Assembly (NCBI GenBank): GCA_964514585.1
Contig: CAZETU010000001.1
Coordinates: 178,523 to 242,522 of the forward strand
Source of the DNA: Candidatus Woesearchaeota archaeon
GTDB lineage: Archaea; Nanobdellota; Nanobdellia; Pacearchaeales; GW2011-AR1
Length of the DNA stretch: 64,000 nucleotides
Reading direction: 5' to 3'
Numbering within the stretch: position 1 is the stretch's first letter; the number at the start of each line of letters is the position of its first letter. The notes beneath the pieces are model-generated. The model was not told where the DNA came from, did not search any database, and saw only the letters and a list, made by a program, of their open reading frames with translations. Position numbers and translations under genes: made by a program. Below are positions 29,179 to 39,366 of this stretch, in pieces.

Positions 29179-31338
29179 TTATGCAGTAACTATAGTTCCT
29201 TCAGTAGCAGATGTGCCTTTTATCTTAGTTCCGACAGTTGTATCAACGTCTTCATTAATCAAATAAGTAACACCCTTTTCTGTATCAGGAGCATTGTAAC
29301 CAGCAACTAATAGAGCAGTCTTTCCAGATCTACTAAAAGATTGGATCAAAAACTCACCAGCAGCGATACCTGTAGCAGATGTAAATGCAGCTTCACTGTA
29401 TGCACCACCAAGTAACTCAGCAGCAACAGCGTTGATAGCAGAACCACCAACAACAATCAAGTTCTTTCCAGCAACAGTAGCAACAGCGTTGTCCATTACC
29501 GTCATAACACCAGCCTCTGTAGATGTACTAGCGTCACCGCCAGCAACAACAGAAACACGTGCATAAACTCGATCACTTGGAACACTAAAGACAATCTCAT
29601 CGTTATCCAAGTTAGCCTCTGGAGTCTGGATAATCTGACCGTTTGTAGTCATGATATCGTTATCATAAGTACCAACAGCAGTACCGCCAACAGTTAAGTC
29701 ACCAGCAAGACCATCCTCTTTATCAGTAGTTTCACTGTCTCCACCGAACCACTTCAATTTACCAGCAGTACCTGTCAAATTAACACCACCAACATCAATA
29801 GTAAATGGTTGAGCAGCCTCACCGTCAACGAAAGTTATCATCAAGTTACCATTTGTAACAGAAACATTCATTGCAACAGTAGTATCACCAGAAATCAAAT
29901 CACCAATATCTTGACTAACAATATCTGCAGTAGCAGTATTATTACTGTCTGAAGTATGTGCTACAGAGAACCTTGGTCTGATAGAATCTTGAATAGTTCC
30001 ATCAACGTCACTATAGAACACTTCTAACGAAGAGTTAACTTGAGTTCCTTGTGTCGCATCTGTAGAACTAGCCCATCTAAGATAAATCTTAGAAGTTTCT
30101 TGACTAAGTGTCTTTAATACGATAGAGTCCTTAACTCCATCAGTAGACTCAATAATCAAAACAGGAGCATCTAATGTATTAGCAGTAGATGTCAAATCAG
30201 TATTGTTCCATAAGTCTTCTGTATCATCGAAGTAGATCTTGAAGTCTTCGTAAGTCACATCAGTTGTGCCTAAGAATTTAACTTCACCGAAGTTTTCTGG
30301 AAGCAAGTAACTTCCACCTTCGTAAACTACATCGTCAGTATCTCTAGTCTCCTTTTGGTTGTATTTCACACCAACGTAACCATTAACAGAGCTTAGGTCA
30401 GCCATAGTCCAAACCCAAGTTGGGTCGTCCTCGTCTTCGCCAATATATTCTTCTCCATCACTATAAGTCTTGGAAATTTCTTTACCAGCCTTTATAATGA
30501 TTTTGCTAAGTTCAGGAGCATTAGAATGATATCCTACAGTGTCAACCTTAACCTTTATGCCACCAATCTTCTTAGTTGAACCTGCTGTGATAATCTCTCC
30601 ATTAATTTGTGCTTTCCCCTCGAAAACATCATCAACTGTAAGAGTCACACCGTCAACGGTAGTACTCTCTCCAATTGCAAGAGAAATTTCATCAGAAGTA
30701 ACAACTGTAATAGTAGTATTGGTCATAGAATCAATCTCATATTGCTTTCCAAGAAGAGTCAAGTAAAGAACGTCAGCAGTACCGCCAGCGGCAGCCCAAT
30801 CTGCAGTTACATTAAAAGCATCGTCAAATACATATCTGTATTCAAGAGCTTTATCATTAGTCATAGCAAGAAGTTCACTAAAATCATTATCATCTAATGT
30901 AGTTTTAATGGCCATCGTACCAACTCTAATCTCTTCATGAATGTTATAATCATCAGCACCAGAAGCACCACCGTCATCCCAGTTGAGTTTTGTGTCAAGT
31001 AGAGAATCGATCTTACTATCTGTAAGTGTAGATGTTATTTTAGAAGCAGCACTAGACGTAGTTAAATTAATATAACCACCAAGAGCAACTTCATCTTCTG
31101 TAACTCCAGTAGCACCTGTTAAAGTTGTAACAGAACCACCTGCAGTTGCAGCATCCAAATTAGAAGCAATACTAGAAGCAGCAATATTGTCTGAAGGAGC
31201 TGCGTTAGCACCAACAACAATTGCAGTGTTACTTGTAAAAGGAGCCGGGTAAGAAGCAGCAACAGCTGTACCTACAGTAGCACCTATTAAAGCAGCACTT
31301 CCTAATACTGTAATAGCTTTTCTAAATATTTTTTTCAT
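29179..31338 (-). CDS. Major S-layer protein (S_layer_N/S_layer_C type)
   Basis: Signal peptide MKKIFRK..., AIVVGANAAPSD, KNLIVVGGSAINAVAAELLG; strong SD GGAGG before ATG 31338. Confidence 0.9.
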   Translation of the reverse strand: MKKIFRKAITVLGSAALIGATVGTAVAASYPAPFTSNTAIVVGANAAPSDNIAASSIASNLDAATAGGSVTTLTGATGVTEDEVALGGYINLTTSSAASKITSTLTDSKIDSLLDTKLNWDDGGASGADDYNIHEEIRVGTMAIKTTLDDNDFSELLAMTNDKALEYRYVFDDAFNVTADWAAAGGTADVLYLTLLGKQYEIDSMTNTTITVVTSDEISLAIGESTTVDGVTLTVDDVFEGKAQINGEIITAGSTKKIGGIKVKVDTVGYHSNAPELSKIIIKAGKEISKTYSDGEEYIGEDEDDPTWVWTMADLSSVNGYVGVKYNQKETRDTDDVVYEGGSYLLPENFGEVKFLGTTDVTYEDFKIYFDDTEDLWNNTDLTSTANTLDAPVLIIESTDGVKDSIVLKTLSQETSKIYLRWASSTDATQGTQVNSSLEVFYSDVDGTIQDSIRPRFSVAHTSDSNNTATADIVSQDIGDLISGDTTVAMNVSVTNGNLMITFVDGEAAQPFTIDVGGVNLTGTAGKLKWFGGDSETTDKEDGLAGDLTVGGTAVGTYDNDIMTTNGQIIQTPEANLDNDEIVFSVPSDRVYARVSVVAGGDASTSTEAGVMTVMDNAVATVAGKNLIVVGGSAINAVAAELLGGAYSEAAFTSATGIAAGEFLIQSFSRSGKTALLVAGYNAPDTEKGVTYLINEDVDTTVGTKIKGTSATEGTIVTA

Positions 31339-31553
31339 TATTATTAAACCTCCTTTCAGTACCATTAGCTTAGCCGCCTTGTTCAAGGCCGTGGTAACCC
31401 ACGTTCAACGTTTCTAATAGTCTGGCAGGATCTTATAACTAGGGAGCGTTATAAGTTGTCATCTCTAGGGTGTCCCTATATGTACACTGACTAGTCAATG
31501 CATTATTGATAAACAATAACGCCTGACTATAACATCCATTTTTCCCTTATAAA
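31339..31553 (-). promoter_or_regulatory. S-layer promoter and long structured 5' UTR
   Basis: TTTATAAG box at 31546-31553; several hairpins between it and the SD. Confidence 0.6.
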
Positions 31554-31787
31554 GCTTTCCCCAGACATATTAGAAAATATTCGGTTTTTACACCCATTTT
31601 CACTGGTTTACTTATAAAGCTTTCGTTGTCACGATAAAATATAACACATTTCAACATAGTTTTACATTCGATAAAATTATTTTTTCAAAATATGGGGTAT
31701 AAAACACCACCTATACCTAAAGCATAAGGCTTATATATCTAAGTAGTTTTACCATATATACAAAATTAGCCCAAAATCACACAAAAA

Positions 31788-32144
31788 ATGCCCCAAAAAA
31801 AGAAAACAAAAATAAGATATGTTGATGTAAATGTTAACAAAGGAAACTTCGTCTCAAAGTTAATGGGCGGCAAAAAAACCCACGATTTCTCAGATGTAAA
31901 ACTCCTCAGAAGTCTACTGAGCAACGAAAAAGCACGAATTCTTTATGCCATAAAAACCCAAAAACCAAGATCAATTTACGGGTTAGCCAAACTCCTGGGT
32001 CGAGATTTCAAATCGGTCAGAGAAGATATTAAAGTCCTAGAAAGATTCGGCTTCATCGATTTTCATTCAGAAAAAGTCGGCAAAAGAGAATCCCTAATGC
32101 CAGTTCTGGTAGCAGACAGACTCCAAATAATCATAGATATCTAA
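31788..32144 (+). CDS. HTH transcriptional regulator (predicted archaeal type)
   Basis: KPRSIYGLAKLLGRDFKSVREDIKVLERFGFI. Confidence 0.85.
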   Translation: MPQKKKTKIRYVDVNVNKGNFVSKLMGGKKTHDFSDVKLLRSLLSNEKARILYAIKTQKPRSIYGLAKLLGRDFKSVREDIKVLERFGFIDFHSEKVGKRESLMPVLVADRLQIIIDI

Positions 32145-32180
32145 ATATACACAAGCGCCGAAAAGCGGCGCAACAAAAAC

Positions 32181-32270
32181 ACATAAGATATCGTACAAGA
32201 TTCACTCTTGGAAGATATCCAAAGGAATTCTGCAGAATTCCCCCAAAGAATTTTGCACCAGCAAAATTTT
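32181..32270. repeat. 90-nt three-hairpin structured intergenic repeat, copy A
   Basis: Ungapped 72/90 match to 24378-24467 with six compensatory base-pair changes. Confidence 0.85.
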
Positions 32271-32276
32271 TAACGT

Positions 32277-32774
32277 CTAAAAGACCTTACAAACCTTCAT
32301 TCGAATTACTAAACTATCACTACCAGAAACAATACTTCTCTGCGAAGCCAAAACATTCCCCGTGCAATTCCCCTCATCTATCCTCAAAAGCCCCTGCGTC
32401 CCATCATCTTCCTTAACAAAAAAATCAAGCTGATAAGCATTCACACTTGCCTCACTTTCCATCAAATCCCCCAAAATATCACTCAGACTCTCATTTAGAT
32501 AATCACACGCAGAAACCCCCAAATTGCTGCACCGATCACCCTCATAACAACTCTTAAACAAATCCTCAACAGCATCATAATCCGGCTCGTAAACAATCGC
32601 ACAATCAGTCGTATATTTCATCAAAGCACTCAATATATGACTCGTCTCTAAACTATCGCTCTCATCCGGCCCATCTCTAAGCGAAATCACCAAAAAAACC
32701 ATCAACCCAACAACAACCAACACAACTATCAAAACAAACCCAACCATCTCCTGCTGCCCCTTATTGTTCCTCAT
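32277..32774 (-). CDS. Class III signal peptide (pilin-like) protein
   Basis: MRNNKG/QQEMVGFVLIVVLVVVGL. Confidence 0.7.
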   Translation of the reverse strand: MRNNKGQQEMVGFVLIVVLVVVGLMVFLVISLRDGPDESDSLETSHILSALMKYTTDCAIVYEPDYDAVEDLFKSCYEGDRCSNLGVSACDYLNESLSDILGDLMESEASVNAYQLDFFVKEDDGTQGLLRIDEGNCTGNVLASQRSIVSGSDSLVIRMKVCKVF

Positions 32775-33285
32775 GAATCTTCACCCCCACAACTAATTTT
32801 CCAATCTCACACCTCGGCTCACCACCCAATTCCTTCATATTCTTACAAATCGACACATAACTCGAATATTCCTTCACATTACTCTGCCCAGAATCATAAA
32901 TCTCATAATAATTACAATTAAACCCAGGACATTTCTTAACCTCATCAAACGCAGGATAAACCAAATAAACCTTCACAGAAGCAACAGGCCAAAACACCTC
33001 ATAAGCAGCACTAAAATCTCCAGTCATAATCCGAAGCTTATCCTCATCTAAAGTCATACTCTCACTAGAATCATAATTCAACTCAGGCATATCTGCAATA
33101 ACCCGCAAAGAAGAAATCGCCTTATCTCTCTGAAGCGAAGCAGCCCCACCCTGAATATCACCAACCCAAATCCCAAGAAAAAACAACCCAACTAAAACAA
33201 AAAAGAACATTACAGCAACTATCATAAACGCCATCTGCATAATTTTCATCTGCCCTCGCGCGCGACATTTCACCATAATCCACAC
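32761..33285 (-). CDS. Class III signal peptide (pilin-like) protein
   Basis: RARG/QMKIMQMAFMIVAV; C-terminal Cys pairs. Confidence 0.7.
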   Translation of the reverse strand: MWIMVKCRARGQMKIMQMAFMIVAVMFFFVLVGLFFLGIWVGDIQGGAASLQRDKAISSLRVIADMPELNYDSSESMTLDEDKLRIMTGDFSAAYEVFWPVASVKVYLVYPAFDEVKKCPGFNCNYYEIYDSGQSNVKEYSSYVSICKNMKELGGEPRCEIGKLVVGVKIHEEQ

Positions 33286-34238
33286 AACTCCATATCATTT
33301 CTCCTCTCAAGAGTATCACCTAAAGGCCGCAAATTCATCAAATCTTCAGTAGTAGCATTACCAACCAAGCCACTCCAAACAAACAAATCCCCTTTCAAAT
33401 TCGTATTACAGCCTCGAGCATCCATCAAATCAGCCTTCTCAACAAACATCTCCCCAATCTTCCCAGCTCGATACATCAACCGCTCAACATTACACTCATA
33501 AATATTCTCATCCGAAAAAATCGCAGCATACATCAAACTCCCAACATAATTCATGTCCTCACCCTTCTTCACAACAATTCCCTCATCATAAACCGAATCA
33601 CACTTAGACAAACACGATCCATAAACCGAAATATCACAATCACTCCCCTGTCCAAAACAAACATTAACAGCCTCAGGAAAATCACAGCCAACATTTTTCC
33701 CAATCGAAATATCATACTCTGAAACCCCAACATTAGGCATCCCAAAACTCAAAACCTCATCAGCAATCTCATCAGGTGCATCCATAAAACAATAATTCTC
33801 ACTCGTCAAAAAAATCAAATCCGAAACCTTATACGGAAAATCAAAAGGCTTAGAAAAAACATAATAATCCTTACCGGTATTCTTCTCCGAAGAGAAAATA
33901 TACTTATTATAAACGGAAGTAGCCCCGCCAAAATCGCCCCACTCACCATTCATCCCAGTTTCCGTCGCAACCGCAATATCATTTTTCCCGAAACCACCAG
34001 TGAAACAAATATTCCTAATCTTAGTTTCCTGTCTAAAAGCTATCTGACCAAAAGAACCCTCGCTAAAACCGGCTTGCAACGGATCAGTAATTATCGAAAT
34101 ACTTTTTCCAATTTCAGTATTTGACCCATAAACTTGAGTATCTCCCGTATTCATAGCCCCAAAAATCGCCAAGAATAAAATCGCTCCACCAACGATAATC
34201 GCAAATAACCACGCAAAATTAAATTGCCCCTTTTTCAT
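33270..34238 (-). CDS. Class III signal peptide (pilin-like) protein, Cys-rich
   Basis: MKKG/QFNFAWLFAIIVG. Confidence 0.7.
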   Translation of the reverse strand: MKKGQFNFAWLFAIIVGGAILFLAIFGAMNTGDTQVYGSNTEIGKSISIITDPLQAGFSEGSFGQIAFRQETKIRNICFTGGFGKNDIAVATETGMNGEWGDFGGATSVYNKYIFSSEKNTGKDYYVFSKPFDFPYKVSDLIFLTSENYCFMDAPDEIADEVLSFGMPNVGVSEYDISIGKNVGCDFPEAVNVCFGQGSDCDISVYGSCLSKCDSVYDEGIVVKKGEDMNYVGSLMYAAIFSDENIYECNVERLMYRAGKIGEMFVEKADLMDARGCNTNLKGDLFVWSGLVGNATTEDLMNLRPLGDTLERRNDMELCGLW

Positions 34239-34276
34239 AAAAATACAATGCCAATACTTTTTTTAAAATCTCCTAA

Positions 34277-34768
34277 TCAGCTTATCATAACCAACTTATC
34301 ATAAAAATCCTTCTCGATCCTCAACCCCTTCGAAACCTCGACACAATAAGGATTCCCCTGCGCAGTAATCTTCTCCAAATTAATATGTTCAATCAATTTC
34401 CACTGCATATTTTCAGCTTTCTCCGGCGGAACCAAAAAAGTATTAGCCCTATAAACATCATAATTCCGAATCTGATCATAATCCGCCCCAGGCCTAGTTA
34501 TCGTCGCCGACAAATTAGCAAAACAAACCTTCTCAATCCCCGACGGCAAATCAATATCAAAATTAACAGCACTCGACTGACCACTAAGCGCATCATTCAC
34601 ACCCCCCTGCAACTCACGATAAAACAACCCAACACTCGATGCATCTCCAATATCCAAAAAATAATCAACCGCAATAAATGCCACAACAACAAAAACAACT
34701 ATCAACAAAATCGCAAAAATCATACCAAAAGGCATTCCCATCGTCTGCTGTCCCCTCTTCAACCTCAT
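34277..34768 (-). CDS. Class III signal peptide (pilin-like) protein
   Basis: MRLKRG/QQTMGMPFGMIFAILLIV. Confidence 0.7.
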   Translation of the reverse strand: MRLKRGQQTMGMPFGMIFAILLIVVFVVVAFIAVDYFLDIGDASSVGLFYRELQGGVNDALSGQSSAVNFDIDLPSGIEKVCFANLSATITRPGADYDQIRNYDVYRANTFLVPPEKAENMQWKLIEHINLEKITAQGNPYCVEVSKGLRIEKDFYDKLVMIS

Positions 34769-34882
34769 AATAATTACATAGCAACCGATTTTATAAAACT
34801 ATAGCTAAAACTATACAATCTCCAACAACACCATTTTGCCGTTGGTAAAATTAATAAAAAAATAAAAAAATAATTTTTATAT

Positions 34883-36160
34883 TCAGTAGAGGATGTTCAA
34901 ACCTGCAATATCTCCAAAGTTAAGAGTTCTTTTCCCAATATCTCCTTCCCAAGAATAGCCAAACATTGTTTGTTCTCCACATTCAGAATTATACAAATCT
35001 CCTAAACCAATTGCATGTCCAAGTTCATGTGTTAAGATATTTTGTAAATCCATTTTCAAAGGATCTCCATCTCCCCAAGCGAAATCTGTATCCAACATTA
35101 CGTCAAACTCTGTAATTTGCCTCTTTTTTGGCGGTCCTCCGAAATAACCCCAAACTGAACAAACTGCGATTACACCATCTTGATCATAGTCGCCAAAAGA
35201 GATTACATTTGTCCCATCTCCATTAATTCCGGTTGGATAACTAGAATCAAGAGTTTGAACTCCAAAGTTAATAAAATCCGTGTCAGCCCAATCTACCGGC
35301 TCATTCCATTCACCTATCGATTTATCAACCGCAGCTACAAATTGCTCTGCCGTAACGCCTTCTTCTCCTTCCGTTACACTTATTAGATAATTAGGCGATG
35401 TCCACCATTCCATATCTCTCGATATGAAACTATAACAAGCATCATCTTTTACAGGCTTAGCTTTCTTAATCAATTTAGACCCACCAATCTGTTCATGTCT
35501 GCCATCCGCATAATGAATAAACGTGATTTTTTCTTTATATTGTCCAAGTCCTGCTCCTGCAGGCGAAACATATTGCATTCCATTTAATCCAGCACAATGG
35601 TCGTTTTCAATTTGTTGTATTATTGCAAAGGCACCCCAAATTTCAGGTCCGATTTCTGTTCCATCAGCAGTCTGCCAAATCTCATCAACCAAAACAGCGT
35701 CCGTAGGTGCAGCAACTATCTTAACAAAATAGTTCCATTTACAAATCTCTCCTTTAACCTCATATTCGCCACTTTGATGATTAGTCAACCAAGCTCCAGA
35801 ACCAATATAACTCTCATGTCCATAGTGTCTATCAAGTAACCCATCGTCATCACAATCTTTATTACTTAACCATGCATCGTTCCATTTCATAGATAATTTA
35901 ATATCCCTATAATCGTGGCACCATTCCGCATCTCTGTAGGAATCACAATACCCGCCATTAAAAAATCTTCCTTGATAATTATAGCCCCATTCGTCAAAAC
36001 CAGTCGTTATAGTTTCTCCTTCAGAATTAACCAATTCTCCACTTTGAATTGTCATACATTGACCAGAAGTCTTCTCCTTATTTTCACTCCCAGCAAAAAC
36101 CAAACCAATAGTTGAAAACATCATCAGCAGAATTAAACTAAATGTTATTATTTTTTTCAT
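34883..36160 (-). CDS. Secreted two-domain protein with C-terminal matrixin-like (M10) metallopeptidase
   Basis: Signal peptide; HELGHAIGLGD and Met-turn TMFG. Confidence 0.8.
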   Translation of the reverse strand: MKKIITFSLILLMMFSTIGLVFAGSENKEKTSGQCMTIQSGELVNSEGETITTGFDEWGYNYQGRFFNGGYCDSYRDAEWCHDYRDIKLSMKWNDAWLSNKDCDDDGLLDRHYGHESYIGSGAWLTNHQSGEYEVKGEICKWNYFVKIVAAPTDAVLVDEIWQTADGTEIGPEIWGAFAIIQQIENDHCAGLNGMQYVSPAGAGLGQYKEKITFIHYADGRHEQIGGSKLIKKAKPVKDDACYSFISRDMEWWTSPNYLISVTEGEEGVTAEQFVAAVDKSIGEWNEPVDWADTDFINFGVQTLDSSYPTGINGDGTNVISFGDYDQDGVIAVCSVWGYFGGPPKKRQITEFDVMLDTDFAWGDGDPLKMDLQNILTHELGHAIGLGDLYNSECGEQTMFGYSWEGDIGKRTLNFGDIAGLNILY

Positions 36161-36254
36161 ATTTTTATACCTCCTATAATTTAGTTAAGTATATGTAATC
36201 AACGTCGACAAAGTATTTAAATTTTTATACCCCAGCAGATTATACATTATTATC

Positions 36255-38687
36255 TTACAAAAAATCCTGAGTCGGTCTCACAACAACCGAACAATCAGCG
36301 TCCTCATTTCTAAAGGCATCACGACACTTAATATAATAAGTCTCCTGATCATTCCACTCAGCAACGTGAACACTAGAATTAGAATAAGGCATCTCAACTC
36401 CCTCATCAAAACTAAAGTCACAATTATTAAACGAATAAGCACACTCACTATCCCGAACAGTCACAAGCTTCAACATCTGATCTTCCTCATAAATCCTCGC
36501 AACAACCGGCGCATTAGTATCAACATCCAAAGTAAAACTCGCAATATCTAAAGCTAAATTCCCACCCTCATCGATACACTTAACATAATAATCATGCTCA
36601 CCACCAACCAAATCTAACCTCTGCGTATGAATTCCATCATCAGTATTCGTATCATAAAACATAATGTAGTCATTCTCATTACCAGTCTCAGAATAATAAC
36701 AAACCGACCGACCATTATTACAACCATAAATCGTCTCAGCATATAACTCAACAGGCGCAGGACTAACAGCCCCAAAAATGGTCCCATTAGGCATCAATCT
36801 TCTCAACTTCAAACCAGTGCTCCCTCTGAGGCTAAACTTAAAACTCTCTTTATTCTCATTCCTATCATTCTCTTCAACTCCAGGCTGATCCTTACATCTT
36901 ACATAAAAGTCAGCTCCATCCCTAGGAATCCCACTAAGCTCACCTTGACAAGTAAACAACTGCGCCGCATTCATTTGATAAAGCTCACTCGAACAACTCA
37001 TCTCATTTTGCATATTATCATAATCCTGATCCTGAGTACTCCACCTACAAGTCGACGGCTCATTAACATAAAACTCAACCATAGCAGTATCCTGTTCCTC
37101 AGCAACACACCCACCATTAACAACCGAAGTAGCCTTAACCTGCGGAGCAGTCACGTCTGGCGACGGATCAATACAAAACCGAATAGCATACTCAGCCGAA
37201 TTCTCATTCCCATTCTTATCCTTACACCTCAAATAAAACGTCAAATCCTTCCCATTCTCCAAAACAAGACCAGTCCCCTCAATCTCAGCAGCCCCAGGCA
37301 AACTAAACTTCTCCGAATGATTATAAGAATACAAATTACTCGACCCCACATAACTAATCATCTCATCAAATGTCTCAGTATGATTAAAATCAATCTTACA
37401 CTGCGCTGGCTCATTAACAGTAATCCCAAACTCCAACGGTGTAAACGCTTTTAAGCACCCATCACTAGATTCTAAATTAACAATCTTAAATCCAGGACCA
37501 GGCGGCGAAATCTTAACATCAGTATACTTATGCCCCAAACTAAGCTCATTATAATTCGGCTTAATCACAGGCATATCAACATCCCGAGGATTAATATTCA
37601 CACACTTCTCATCCACTGTTCCCTCATTAACAATCTCACAATTCTGTCCCAAAGATTTACACCTATACTCAGAACAAGGCAAAGAGTCATCATTACAAAT
37701 CTCACAATCATTCCCTCCCGACGGAGCCTGCCACGGCATACACTCAAAAGTCACAACCTCAGTATCCATCTTCTGATACATAGCAACAAAAACAACAGCC
37801 CCAATCCCAACACCAACCAAAGGATTAGAAAGCCACTTCCAAGACTGCGACTCAAGAATTTTACTATAAGTAGAAAAAAACCTATAAGATCCAGCTCCAG
37901 CGGCCAAAGCCGTAGACAAAGCCTCAGTATTTTGTTCCTCCATCCCAAACAAACTTCCAATCATCTGACCAGCAAAATAAGCAATTCCTGCCCAAACCAA
38001 ACCAGAGACAGCTGCATCAGCAAAAGTTCCTTTAATAAGTCCAAGATGAGAAGATCCAAATTTAGTACTAGTTTGGCCAGCACTAGTAACCGGAGTCTTA
38101 GCAACAACGGAAGAAGTTCCTTCAACAGTTTTTGTAACACCATTAGAATTAGTAACGACCATATCATAAGTACCTTTTTCAGCACCAGCAGTAACAGTGG
38201 CAGTTGTTCCGTCACCTAAAGCTGCAGTTTCAATACCTTTCTCTCCCATGTATTGTAAGGTTCCACCATTATAAGTTCCAGCAGGAAGTTGGGTTGTTAA
38301 GTCAGCAGCATAAGTAGTGGTTCCAGACCAAGAGCCCGTATTGCCCGAGGCGTAATTCGTAACATCAACCTTAGGAGCATTAGAAGGAGGAGTTGGAAGT
38401 TTTGAAGTTTCCCCAGCCCCAGCGGATCCCTTAAGTCCCCCAGCACCACCAGTCTCAACAGTAGAGGTTCCTGCTTCTGCAGCATGTTGAGATGTAATAA
38501 CACTACCATCGCCAATTATACCATCACCATTAATATCATATTGAAGGTCAACTTCACTAGGAGTGCCAGCACTAACAAATTCAATATTCCCAATCATAAA
38601 TGCAAACGCAAAAACAGACAAAATAAACAAGCCTAATTCAAAACTAGCAACGGATTTTTTAACAAATAAATCAGACCCTTTTTTCAT
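36255..38687 (-). CDS. Large Cys-rich surface protein with Gly-rich hydrophobic segment and Ig-like repeats (810 aa)
   Basis: VASFEL N-terminus; FECMPWQAP...PCSEYRCKSLG motif shared with 46689-50477. Confidence 0.8.
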   Translation of the reverse strand: MKKGSDLFVKKSVASFELGLFILSVFAFAFMIGNIEFVSAGTPSEVDLQYDINGDGIIGDGSVITSQHAAEAGTSTVETGGAGGLKGSAGAGETSKLPTPPSNAPKVDVTNYASGNTGSWSGTTTYAADLTTQLPAGTYNGGTLQYMGEKGIETAALGDGTTATVTAGAEKGTYDMVVTNSNGVTKTVEGTSSVVAKTPVTSAGQTSTKFGSSHLGLIKGTFADAAVSGLVWAGIAYFAGQMIGSLFGMEEQNTEALSTALAAGAGSYRFFSTYSKILESQSWKWLSNPLVGVGIGAVVFVAMYQKMDTEVVTFECMPWQAPSGGNDCEICNDDSLPCSEYRCKSLGQNCEIVNEGTVDEKCVNINPRDVDMPVIKPNYNELSLGHKYTDVKISPPGPGFKIVNLESSDGCLKAFTPLEFGITVNEPAQCKIDFNHTETFDEMISYVGSSNLYSYNHSEKFSLPGAAEIEGTGLVLENGKDLTFYLRCKDKNGNENSAEYAIRFCIDPSPDVTAPQVKATSVVNGGCVAEEQDTAMVEFYVNEPSTCRWSTQDQDYDNMQNEMSCSSELYQMNAAQLFTCQGELSGIPRDGADFYVRCKDQPGVEENDRNENKESFKFSLRGSTGLKLRRLMPNGTIFGAVSPAPVELYAETIYGCNNGRSVCYYSETGNENDYIMFYDTNTDDGIHTQRLDLVGGEHDYYVKCIDEGGNLALDIASFTLDVDTNAPVVARIYEEDQMLKLVTVRDSECAYSFNNCDFSFDEGVEMPYSNSSVHVAEWNDQETYYIKCRDAFRNEDADCSVVVRPTQDFL

Positions 38688-38721
38688 AAATACTACAACA
38701 ATCAGTTATTTATAAATTCTA

Positions 38722-39237
38722 TTATTCGATAACCCTAAATTTTCTTACATCCGCAGCTCCACTTTCTGCTCTAGCAATTACAACATATTCTCCTGGAAGT
38801 AAGGAGTCTTTTCTAACAATACATGCTTTCCCCGGCAATGCGTTATACCGATCAAAAGACTTACCATTTTTGTCTCTAAATTCATAAGAAACACGCTCTC
38901 TTTCACTATAAGCCCCTAAATCAATATATATTCCAATGTTTCTATTGTCAATAACATTTCCAGCATCATTACCCAATTCTGAAATCTCAATATTCCCATT
39001 TTCATCCTTATCATCACATTCTCTAAAATTCATTCTGGGATCAGGACTCTTATTAGTACGAGTTGGGAAATACTGTTCTGATAAAGTTTTAGCATTGGCC
39101 TGCCTATCCCTATTCCTCTGAACATGCTTCCCTGCTTCATATGTAGCAATAGGCATACATCCATTAACAGCAACAGCAGCCAAGCCAGCAAGACCAACTC
39201 CTAAAAAACCACGTCTAGTAATATTACCTTTTCTCAT
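38722..39237 (-). CDS. Putative lipoprotein with Tat-like signal and EF-hand loop
   Basis: TRRGFLGVGLAGLAAVAVNGC; DKDENGNIEISE. Confidence 0.6.
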   Translation of the reverse strand: MRKGNITRRGFLGVGLAGLAAVAVNGCMPIATYEAGKHVQRNRDRQANAKTLSEQYFPTRTNKSPDPRMNFRECDDKDENGNIEISELGNDAGNVIDNRNIGIYIDLGAYSERERVSYEFRDKNGKSFDRYNALPGKACIVRKDSLLPGEYVVIARAESGAADVRKFRVIE

Positions 39238-39366
39238 ACAAACTACAAGAATTCAAACTTTAAAAGCTTTTCGATTTGTCATCACTCTTAAGAGACAAAG
39301 AAAGAAATTATTTAATTCTAATTAATCCATAGGTAAATTTTTATAACACTATTCTCTATTAAATAT

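Noticed and set aside
24378-32270. Structured 90-nt repeat as an integron attC site or IS ends
   Set aside because: No RYYYAAC/GTTRRRY boxes, no target duplication, and no integrase or transposase in the window. Kept as an unclassified element.
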